Origin: Chlamydiota bacterium
GTDB taxonomy: Bacteria; Chlamydiota; Chlamydiia; Chlamydiales; Rhabdochlamydiaceae
DNA length: 36,464 nucleotides
Assembly (NCBI GenBank): GCA_011065235.1
Contig: JAAKFB010000001.1
Location: 1 to 36,464 of the forward strand
Direction of reading: 5' to 3'
The position numbers and the translations under genes were made by a program. The notes beneath the pieces were generated by a model. The model made no database searches. It was given only the letters and a program-made list of their open reading frames with translations, and was not told the origin of the DNA. Shown one piece after another: positions 1 through 7,603 of this stretch (position 1 is the first letter of the stretch; every line of letters begins with the position of its first letter).

Positions 1-194
1 CCTTTACGCTTAAGCTTAGGTATCCATTCTTTTTTCAGTCTCTCCATACATTGTTCATATTTATGTGTGATAATGTACGCCACTCTTCTCTTAAAATCCT
101 TGTCAATCTCATCGATATGAATATCGTTGCAAATAACTTTTTTCTTTATTGGAGACAAGTCCAAAACCTCTTCACCATCTACTGCAAATTTCAT
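1..194 (-). CDS. P-family small protein P1, 5' portion (ORF starts at 194 and runs off the left edge)
   Basis: ATG at 194..192 with AAGGAG 6 nt upstream, 10 nt after the fibre stop. Hand translation MKFAVDGEEVLDLSPIKKKVICNDIHIDEIDKDFKRRVAYIITHKYEQCMERLKKEWIPKLKRK stays open to nt 1. The first 23 codons are copied (10 mismatches in 82 nt) at 35933..36014. Absent from the ORF track because it is truncated. Confidence 0.6.
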   Translation of the reverse strand, partial: MKFAVDGEEVLDLSPIKKKVICNDIHIDEIDKDFKRRVAYIITHKYEQCMERLKKEWIPKLKRK

Positions 195-218
195 TTTTTT
201 CTCCTTAACAAATTAGAG
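186..218. repeat. 33-bp linker repeat (fibre 3' end / stop / AAGGAG / ATGAAATTT), identical to 36282..36314; first 22 nt also at 35993..36014
   Basis: Direct string comparison: aaatttcatttttttctccttaacaaattagag occurs at both places in the same orientation. Confidence 0.9.
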
Positions 219-2211
219 CTCCTGTCAAACAAGTATATCTAAATCCATTTCCACCTTGAATATCAATATCTTTTGTTGACCCGGATACAGCTACATTTAA
301 GTTCAATGTGTCAGCAGCATCCATATCAACGATTCTTGCAAATGAAAGATTTACACCTCCAGACTGAACTATTTGACCTGGATCAAACCTAACTGCTTGT
401 TGGTTAGTGTTGTTAGACATATCTAGTTGAATCAAGTAATCAGTATAAGATGTAGTTAGTTGTGTAACAGAAACTGTTCCCGACATCATATATTTTCCCG
501 TTACTGGTGCAGTAAATATTCCTGTTGATGCGTTAAAATCACTGTTTTGGTCCCATATTTCATTATCGAATAATATTAGGTATCCCGTTCCATCCCCCGT
601 GGCTGACAATACGGTCGCACTTAAAGATACCGCAAAACAAGGCTGAGATGCATTCGTCATTTCTCCTGCATCTGAAACGAACATTGTGCTTAACTTAACA
701 CCTTTGGCTCCATCATCTCCAATTACCACAGAATTAGCAGTGATATTAGAGCCAGCAGTCACATCTCCAACAGTAGGAGCTTGAAATGTTGGTGCAACAC
801 CGGCTCCATTAGAAGTAAGTACCTCAGTAGCCGTTCCTACCGCTGTAGAAGCAACAGCATTTGCAGAATCTCCTACTAGAACACCAAATTCAGTTAGTGC
901 ACTTACTGTTACTGCCGAGGTTCCGTTTCCTGTTAGAACGCCTGTAAGTGTGGTAGCTCCTGTCCCACCATTAGCTACGAGTACCGGTGAATCAAGGTTA
1001 ACGGTAACAACGGTAGTAGCTCCAGCAGTCGTTAGGCCAGTACCACCAAGAACGGACAAAGCATTTGCTGTTGCTGTTGCGGTCCCGCTATCGGTAGGGG
1101 CTGATGTTACGACTGCTACGGATTCAGCTGCTGTTAAGTGATAAAATTCGTTTGTTGTTCCGCCTTGGAGGGAAGATAAATTATTGTGATTGGTAACTAG
1201 AGCTCCCTGAAAAGAAGTATCATAAACGCTTTCTATAGATTCAACAGTGGCGGCACTTTCCTGGAAGACGAAACGACCCAAAAGAGTAGATTGAACTATA
1301 ATTCTATCTGGAGCTGTGGCAGGAACTGCCTCGGCTTCCGCAGCTGCTTCAGAAGTATATTGGTTTCTTCCGTATTGCATGGTTACGCCACCATCTAGCT
1401 CTAAGTAAAACCAAAGAACAGCCCATCTATTATTAGAAATAGTCGCTAATACACCACTGTTATCATCATATTTAGTGTTAGGCCATTGAGTTGCCGAAGC
1501 AACTTCGGTAAAACCACCACTCCCATCTCTAAAGTAAATATCAAATGACCCGGAAGACGAGGTATCTAGAGCTGAAATAGAAAACTTAGTGATTCTATCC
1601 CAAAGAGCACCAGCAGAAAGGGTGAAATTTCTCGTTCCTGATTCCCCAAGTATGAGGCCTCCTGTTCTTGCGTCTCTAGCGTCCGGTAAAGTTTCAAACA
1701 CTCTCTCAATCAGTTTGCCGACACCTTCAGATACTTTATGAGGAGCATTTTCAAAATGAAGAGTGGTAGCATCATTTACAACATTGCCTAGAGGAAACTC
1801 AGTATCTAAATTCCAAGAATATGAAGTTTTAACGACTACTTGAGGAGTACCGCTGTTGTATTCTATGCCCACATATCTAGCTGTATCTGTAGGAATAGCT
1901 GTGCCTGAGACGGCTGGCCAGTCAAACATGATTAATTCGGCAGTATCAGAGTTCGTAGCTCGAATCAATCCAGTCCCAGCAGCGACATCAAAAGTTTCAC
2001 CTCCGGCATCTGAAATAACACCTCCAGATTCCTGACCTGCTGACCCTAATACGTTGATGGATTCCTGTAGCGTGGAAAAAGTCGATCCTGTGATGAAAGA
2101 AACTGCTGCTGTTCCCACATCTTCAAATGTAGGAGCTACAGCGCCGCCATTGCTTCGAAGAACTTTAGTTCCTGTTCCACCGTCTTGTCCTAATGCGTTA
2201 TTTATTGCCAT
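205..2211 (-). CDS. tail fibre protein (fibre B) with C-terminal C1q/TNF-like globular domain
   Basis: 668-aa ORF with a Gly/Thr/Ala/Ser-rich shaft. It carries the motif TDSGTATATANALSVLGGTGLTTAG shared with other fibre-like ORFs, and HNNLSSLQGGTTNEFYHLT. The last ~140 aa match the gC1q pattern (CFAVSL.., STGIFTAPVTGKYMMSGTV, DTLNLNV, LTGALI). Its start overlaps the upstream stop by 1 nt. Confidence 0.8.
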   Translation of the reverse strand: MAINNALGQDGGTGTKVLRSNGGAVAPTFEDVGTAAVSFITGSTFSTLQESINVLGSAGQESGGVISDAGGETFDVAAGTGLIRATNSDTAELIMFDWPAVSGTAIPTDTARYVGIEYNSGTPQVVVKTSYSWNLDTEFPLGNVVNDATTLHFENAPHKVSEGVGKLIERVFETLPDARDARTGGLILGESGTRNFTLSAGALWDRITKFSISALDTSSSGSFDIYFRDGSGGFTEVASATQWPNTKYDDNSGVLATISNNRWAVLWFYLELDGGVTMQYGRNQYTSEAAAEAEAVPATAPDRIIVQSTLLGRFVFQESAATVESIESVYDTSFQGALVTNHNNLSSLQGGTTNEFYHLTAAESVAVVTSAPTDSGTATATANALSVLGGTGLTTAGATTVVTVNLDSPVLVANGGTGATTLTGVLTGNGTSAVTVSALTEFGVLVGDSANAVASTAVGTATEVLTSNGAGVAPTFQAPTVGDVTAGSNITANSVVIGDDGAKGVKLSTMFVSDAGEMTNASQPCFAVSLSATVLSATGDGTGYLILFDNEIWDQNSDFNASTGIFTAPVTGKYMMSGTVSVTQLTTSYTDYLIQLDMSNNTNQQAVRFDPGQIVQSGGVNLSFARIVDMDAADTLNLNVAVSGSTKDIDIQGGNGFRYTCLTGALIC

Positions 2212-2738
2212 TAAACCACCGTAAAGTTACCCGAGGAGTCCAAAACGGCCCAATCGGTGTTTGCTGTTATACATACTAACTCAAGAGCTGCATATTGCTC
2301 AATTGCTGTGAGACTTCCTCCGACTCCGGTCGTGGTATCTGATGAAATGTAATGGATCGTCTGGCCTGCATTCTGAGCTATCTTGTATAGGCCGGCACCC
2401 TTTCCTATTACCTGAACTACCTCACCAATGGAAGCCGTTGCAGGGAGAGTTAGAGTGACTAACCCAGCATTGTTAGCAATGTAACCATTTTCAACGGCCA
2501 TCGATTGGCTTGTTCCAGTTACTTCATTCCATGTGAACCCACCAGCTGACGATGTAATTGTAACCGTGGAACCAGTTGCTGATGTGGCGATTCCAGCCCC
2601 ACCAGAAAAAGTAATTACTCCCGGGATAGTTGGGTTTGCAGTCCCAGAATCAGAATCAAATTCAATAGATGCAGTGCCAGTTCCTGGTCCTACAGTGTAG
2701 TCGAGCTCACCGGTGAATGGATTGTATTTATATGCCAT
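2211..2738 (-). CDS. fibre-like structural protein (175 aa)
   Basis: N-terminus MAYKYNPFTGELDY, then the motif DSDSGTANPTIPGVITFSGGAGIATSATGSTVTIT shared with the other fibres. Translationally coupled to the downstream fibre gene. Confidence 0.7.
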   Translation of the reverse strand: MAYKYNPFTGELDYTVGPGTGTASIEFDSDSGTANPTIPGVITFSGGAGIATSATGSTVTITSSAGGFTWNEVTGTSQSMAVENGYIANNAGLVTLTLPATASIGEVVQVIGKGAGLYKIAQNAGQTIHYISSDTTTGVGGSLTAIEQYAALELVCITANTDWAVLDSSGNFTVV

Positions 2739-2746
2739 TTTATCCC

Positions 2747-3301
2747 TTAGCTGTACGTTTTCTGTAAAACAGTTCCATATACCACCGTACCAGCTGAAGA
2801 GTAGGCAGTAAACGCAGTCGAATCGATTCCGGAAAGCTCAAATGTGGTTCCTACTAGACTTGCAACTGTGTAAATGTTAGATCCATCAAAATTTACTTCA
2901 GTCATTCCTGCAACCCCTTGAATGACGATTAAATCGCCATTGGCAAGTGTACCAGCTGACGACACTGTTACTGCGGCATCACTAGCTTGGGTGATATTTG
3001 TGATCGTTAAATCGCTTACTGTAGACCACACAAATTCATAGTCTGTTGATGCATTGCTGATATCATTTTCAGCCCATGTGAGGCTTGTGACGCTATTCAA
3101 GGAGTCATATTGAATTTTACGCAGTTGCCACTTAGGCTCGCTTACTGTTACCCCCGCAATCGCTCGACCTAGAAATATTGCGTTTCCTGAAGTATCGTTG
3201 ATAGTCCGTAATGCGACTTCACTATCCTGTACAATCAACTCACGTCGATCACGTTCACCAAATTTGAAAGGTCGATTAGCTCTTTGTCTACTTACAACCA
3301 T
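2747..3301 (-). CDS. virion structural protein with a ~70-aa beta-barrel-like module (FCCH-like)
   Basis: 184-aa ORF in the fibre cluster. Residues ~98-175 (ITNITQASDAAVTVSS..GDLIVIQGVAGMTEVN..TAYSSAGTV) repeat a module also seen in 10934..13051 (twice) and 15060..15662. Confidence 0.7.
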   Translation of the reverse strand: MVVSRQRANRPFKFGERDRRELIVQDSEVALRTINDTSGNAIFLGRAIAGVTVSEPKWQLRKIQYDSLNSVTSLTWAENDISNASTDYEFVWSTVSDLTITNITQASDAAVTVSSAGTLANGDLIVIQGVAGMTEVNFDGSNIYTVASLVGTTFELSGIDSTAFTAYSSAGTVVYGTVLQKTYS

Positions 3302-3322
3302 GATCTCTTCCTTGTGATAGAT

Positions 3323-3350
3323 ACATAGGCAGCACTAAGGCTGCCTATGT
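3323..3350 (-). terminator. intergenic hairpin, possible terminator or RNA-processing site
   Basis: Perfect 11-bp stem (acataggcagc / gctgcctatgt) with a 6-nt loop, located between the stop at 3359 and the next start at 3301. Only a weak U-run follows on the minus strand. Confidence 0.4.
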
Positions 3351-3358
3351 TCTGAGTT

Positions 3359-3556
3359 TTACTTTGACTTATCTTTTTTTTCATCTTTAGTTTTCTTGTT
3401 TTTTTCGTGATGTTCGTTGATCAATCTAACAATTTCATCCATGAACGCACCCACTACTTCGTAGGCTTCCCCCAATGGAGCACTTACAGGCATTGAGAAT
3501 CTGTAAATTCTGTCTTCTTTCTCAACTTCAAGTACAATGTCATTTTTTGCTTTCAT
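3359..3556 (-). CDS. small hypothetical protein downstream of the large fibre (possible fibre chaperone)
   Basis: The ORF-track frame is trimmed to the internal ATG at 3556 (MKAKNDIVLEVEKEDRIYRF..), which lies after the fibre stop at 3582. It has a lysine-rich C-tail. The functional call is positional only. Confidence 0.5.
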   Translation of the reverse strand: MKAKNDIVLEVEKEDRIYRFSMPVSAPLGEAYEVVGAFMDEIVRLINEHHEKNKKTKDEKKDKSK

Positions 3557-3581
3557 AAATAAGCCCTTTTTTTTCGGATCC

Positions 3582-5981
3582 TTATGCTTGGAACCCACAT
3601 TTCCACGATACAATGTTAACCACTCCCGGTGAAGTCGCTCCATGAATCAAGTGGATGAATGGTACCACAACATCAGCACTATCGAAAGTATAAGTTGGAG
3701 CTGCAGTAGCTGCGCTTCCAGCTACTTCAAATGTTACAACTCCTGCCGAACTTACCAAAACTTTAAGAGTCTGAGCTGTTCCATCTCCACCCCAAGCATC
3801 AGTGGTATTTGTTGCAGTCTGTCCAGTGCTGTTCAGCTCATCTAAGATGACAACTTCTGTGGAAGATGTTGCTTGGTTAAGACCGATCGCACAATAATCC
3901 GTGTAATTGGCAAATGTTGCATTGTTAGCTTCTACTTTTCTAAATCCGATCATGTACGGATCCCCACCAGTCATATCTCCTACATACAACCTAACCTCTA
4001 AGAAGAAAGCCAGTGCTGTGTTAACGACGAATGCGGTTCTTGAGTTGGTTCTAGCAGCACCTAGGTTGTATTCAAAACCTTCTGTTGCTGTGAGATCTCC
4101 AGAAATCAGCATTCCATTAGCGTCCATGATAGGCTTGATGATTGATTGACCACCACCCAAGATGAACTGTTCCATCATGAAACCTTGTTGGCAACTTATG
4201 ATATTCAGATCTCCTGTAGCTCCTGTTGGAGCAACACCTGTATTAAGGGCCGATCCTGAGGTAGGAGCCATTGAAAATGTGATGTCATCTCCACTGGCAT
4301 CTAAGAATTCGGCATTAATCTCTTTAACAGTACCAGTGAAAGAGATATCTCCTGTACCAGCAAGTAGAGACAATGAAGCGACTCCGTTTGAGGTCCCGAT
4401 CGTTACAACGTTGGCCACAGCCCCGTCAGCAATATTTACTGCTTTTGCCGAAGTAGCACCACCAGCGATATTGACTGTTGTCGCACCTTCACCAGATCCA
4501 ATTTGGACAATATTCGTGCCTGAGGAATCGCCTAGGGTCATTGTTCCAGTCTGAGCGGTTCCACCAATTGTTATTGTTCCACTAGTTGTTGAAGCACCGA
4601 CAGTGTAAGTGGATGTTGCTGCACCATTAAGAGTGTAGTTGCCTGTTCCAACCAAAAGGTCAAGTGACGATGCAGCATTTGATGAACCGATCGTGACCAC
4701 ATTATCAATAGCTCCTGAACCAATATTAACAGCATTTGCTCCCGTTCCTCCTGTTGCGATGTTTACAGTTGTAGCCCCAGTACCAATACCTAAGTTTAGG
4801 TTCATTGTTCCGGAACTTGTACCAATCACTAGGTTTCCTGTTTGAGCAGTTCCTCCGATTGTGATTGTTCCTGATGTTGCACTTGCTCCAACTGTATATG
4901 TGGTGGTTGCAGCTCCGTCTAGAGTGAAGTTACCTGTTCCAGCCAATAGGTCAAGTGAAGCGGCTGCTGAAGCACTCCCGATCGTGACAAGATTAGCTAC
5001 CGCACCATCTGCAATATTTACTACTTTAGCGTTGGTGGCTCCTCCAGCTATATTAACAGTAGTTGCGCCTTCACCAGACCCAATCTGTACGATATTTGTT
5101 CCCGAAGAGTCTCCTAGGGTCATGGTCCCTGTTTGTGCTGTTCCGCCGATCGAAATGGTACCTGAGGTAAGAGTTGTCCCAACTGTCATCGTTGTTGTAG
5201 CAGCACCATCTAAAGTAAAATTCCCTGTTCCAGCTAGAAGATCAAGAGAAGCAGCACCAGTTATGCTACCGATCGTGACGGTGTGCGCAGCAGCTGAATC
5301 AGCAATGCCAACGGCTCTGGCTGTTGTTCCGACACCAAGGTTTACTGCATCTCCTGAGTTGTCTGAACCCAAGTTAAGAGCTGCCCCAGCTGTTTCAATT
5401 GTTGCGCTGGCACTAGCTGTTAGAAGACCTGTGAAGGTGACGGCGCCCATTGTCAATCCACCATTTGAATCAACAGCAAATTGTTCTACATCAGCGCTGT
5501 CTGTAACAGAAAGTTTGTTAGATCCAGCAGCATCACCAAGTTTTATGACAACATCTTGTCCAGATGGAGCCGTTATATCCACATCAACACCGCCAGCAGC
5601 TGTGTAAAGAGGGCACGTTACTGAGGTGGCCACAGTGATCGCAGCATCAAGGTTGAAGGTAATGACATTTGTCGCTCCAGCAGTCGTTATGTTCGTTCCA
5701 CCAGTCATGACAATGTTGCCAGATGAAGGTGATCGATTTCCTCCGCTATCACCTGAAATAGTATCAACATCAGATGCGCCAGGTGCCATTGCGTTCCAAG
5801 TAGCGGAACCTGATGCTTTTTTTGCTAAAATGTACGAAAGGCCGTTGGTAGTGTCTAACCAAACTTGACCTAAAGGAAATTTGATGTCAGTTGATGCCGG
5901 GGCAGCAGCTGCCTTAATAGGAAGTGGTAGAATTTCTACGATTCCTGTAGGAAATGAATAGGCTGATTCAAGATTTGCCAT
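3582..5981 (-). CDS. large tail fibre/spike protein with internal tandem repeats and a SPRY/ConA-like C-terminal domain
   Basis: 799-aa ORF with an N-terminal anchor motif (FPLGQVWLDTTNGLSYIL..ATWNAM) like fibre A and a DSGGNRSPSSGNIVMTGGTNITTAG motif. It has 3.3 repeats of ~97 aa. The C-terminal ~200 aa carry a YFEV-type beta-sandwich pattern (AFFLEVRLYVGDMTGGDPYMIGF). Confidence 0.85.
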   Translation of the reverse strand: MANLESAYSFPTGIVEILPLPIKAAAAPASTDIKFPLGQVWLDTTNGLSYILAKKASGSATWNAMAPGASDVDTISGDSGGNRSPSSGNIVMTGGTNITTAGATNVITFNLDAAITVATSVTCPLYTAAGGVDVDITAPSGQDVVIKLGDAAGSNKLSVTDSADVEQFAVDSNGGLTMGAVTFTGLLTASASATIETAGAALNLGSDNSGDAVNLGVGTTARAVGIADSAAAHTVTIGSITGAASLDLLAGTGNFTLDGAATTTMTVGTTLTSGTISIGGTAQTGTMTLGDSSGTNIVQIGSGEGATTVNIAGGATNAKVVNIADGAVANLVTIGSASAAASLDLLAGTGNFTLDGAATTTYTVGASATSGTITIGGTAQTGNLVIGTSSGTMNLNLGIGTGATTVNIATGGTGANAVNIGSGAIDNVVTIGSSNAASSLDLLVGTGNYTLNGAATSTYTVGASTTSGTITIGGTAQTGTMTLGDSSGTNIVQIGSGEGATTVNIAGGATSAKAVNIADGAVANVVTIGTSNGVASLSLLAGTGDISFTGTVKEINAEFLDASGDDITFSMAPTSGSALNTGVAPTGATGDLNIISCQQGFMMEQFILGGGQSIIKPIMDANGMLISGDLTATEGFEYNLGAARTNSRTAFVVNTALAFFLEVRLYVGDMTGGDPYMIGFRKVEANNATFANYTDYCAIGLNQATSSTEVVILDELNSTGQTATNTTDAWGGDGTAQTLKVLVSSAGVVTFEVAGSAATAAPTYTFDSADVVVPFIHLIHGATSPGVVNIVSWKCGFQA
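4332..5282. repeat. tandem coding repeat, period ~291-294 nt, ~3.3 copies (aa 234-550 of the 799-aa fibre)
   Basis: Protein repeats VTIGS..ASLDLLAGTGNFTLDGAATTTYTVGA..SGTITIGGTAQTG..GATTVNIAGGAT..VNIADGAVAN. Copies 1 and 3 are near-identical in protein but differ at many third codon positions in DNA. Confidence 0.85.
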
Positions 5982-6160
5982 TGATGGGTGCTCCTAAAAT
6001 ATATCCTCTAGTGAATCCTAAAGTGGTTCTGATCCGCTAGAAGTAGTTCATATATTTTCTGGCAATCTCGCAGACTGCCTCTTATCCGAGAAATTCAGAA
6101 AGAACTCTCGGGATGTATCCCTACGATCATTCTATACCATAGAGATTTTTTTATCTTGTG

Positions 6161-7600
6161 CTATGAAGAATTCTTTTCCTCTTCTTTCAAGATTGCTTCA
6201 AAATCTTCCATATCCATCCCAGACAGCTTGATAGCAGCCTCAGCATCAATGGAGGAGACATAATTTAAGATTTGATCGTAGACTTTTTTTGCGATTGCCG
6301 GTTTGTTTCTTTTTACTCCGTTGAGAAATCGTCTTGATAGATTTTTCATCTTAGGATTAACAATCATTTCACGTGCAAGAATTCTTGCTCCTAATGGTCC
6401 AAGAAGTTTTTTTAACAGGGGGTAATTTCCAGTAGTGATACCCGATATCAGCATTCCTTTCTCGCCCTTTGTGATGAATTTTTCGATCATATCAGGTCCC
6501 ATTCTTTCAGCAAGTTTGGAAAAGTTTCCATATAGCTTATTGGTAGTGATGAAATCGGCTCCTAATTCAGGTGATAACTCTCTTAAAGCATCTCCAAGAG
6601 GACCTTTTAATCTCCCTAATCCAGCTTCTCCTTTATTTATATAATAATTTAACTTTTGCCAGAAATTCATTATATTTTTCCCGGTCATCTCTGTAGCTAA
6701 AAAATCGTTAAAGTCTTGTTGAACTCTCATTCTAGTTTCAGCAGGCATTTCTGATAATTCAGTTGAGATCTTATTGATCAATTTTGATTGTTGAACTCCA
6801 CTCATTGGCTTTTGTGCCTCAGGTGAGGCTTTTAGGACATCCCAGACTTTTCCAAGGGCTTGATATGCCTTATCAAATAACCTAGATGCTCTTGATCCTT
6901 TTGACGCAATATCTGCAGCAAAATCTTGGATCATACTTTCGTCTCTGATCATCAAATTTAATTGCTCTTCAGGAATTCCTTTTTCTCGAGCAAACGTCTT
7001 TAAGGCTTCTTCCTCAACAGCTTTCTCAGTTTTGAAAAGCTTAGTAGGGATTTTTTCTACGTTTGCAAGACCAACTTTTTCAATGACCTTTTTCATAAGG
7101 GGGCTTGATTCTTCGAGACGCTTTGGAATGCCGGTTGCTCTAAGTCCTACTTTAGCAAGTGAAGGACCTGCTAAACCCACCATTTCGGCTATATTTTGTG
7201 CTGTTTCCCCACCGCCAAGCTCTTTCACAGTTTGTCCGGCAGCTCCTGCTGATAAAGATTGAACAGCCGCTTGAGCAGGTTTTCCACCTGGAAAAGCCAT
7301 TATCGTAGGAAATATTTCACCTCCTGTTTCTGTCAAACCGCTTAAAAAATCTTGTTCTACAGGTAAATATTCGTCTAATAGCATTTGCCTCGTGTCGGCT
7401 TCCTCTTCCTCCGCTTCTTCTCCTATTTGAAGGGGACTCATCGTCCTTCCAAGAGCATGAACACCTTTTAGCAATCCTCTAGCACCTGCAGTAGGGATAG
7501 ATTGGTACCACGGTATTGCAGGAGGACCCTCGGGTAATCCTGTTGCCCATTCAGCATATTCTAATTCTTCTTCTGTAGGATCAAACTTAGAATTTGCCAT
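6161..7600 (-). CDS. virion-associated protein, internal/ejection-protein position
   Basis: 479-aa ORF, third of three consecutive large ORFs between the tail and fibre genes. No motif recognised; function is inferred from position only. Confidence 0.6.
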   Translation of the reverse strand: MANSKFDPTEEELEYAEWATGLPEGPPAIPWYQSIPTAGARGLLKGVHALGRTMSPLQIGEEAEEEEADTRQMLLDEYLPVEQDFLSGLTETGGEIFPTIMAFPGGKPAQAAVQSLSAGAAGQTVKELGGGETAQNIAEMVGLAGPSLAKVGLRATGIPKRLEESSPLMKKVIEKVGLANVEKIPTKLFKTEKAVEEEALKTFAREKGIPEEQLNLMIRDESMIQDFAADIASKGSRASRLFDKAYQALGKVWDVLKASPEAQKPMSGVQQSKLINKISTELSEMPAETRMRVQQDFNDFLATEMTGKNIMNFWQKLNYYINKGEAGLGRLKGPLGDALRELSPELGADFITTNKLYGNFSKLAERMGPDMIEKFITKGEKGMLISGITTGNYPLLKKLLGPLGARILAREMIVNPKMKNLSRRFLNGVKRNKPAIAKKVYDQILNYVSSIDAEAAIKLSGMDMEDFEAILKEEEKNSS

Positions 7601-7603
7601 TTT

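Noticed and set aside
51-242. 63-aa plus-strand ORF at the left edge
   Set aside because: It lies antisense to the P1 gene, which has the conserved linker/RBS/ATG and a paralogue elsewhere in the window.
3642-5868. Seven plus-strand ORFs (67-248 aa) antisense to the 799-aa fibre gene
   Set aside because: Their translations are Pro/Val/Ala-rich low-complexity mirror images of the Gly/Thr/Ala repeats. The minus frame is continuous for 799 aa with recognisable fibre motifs.
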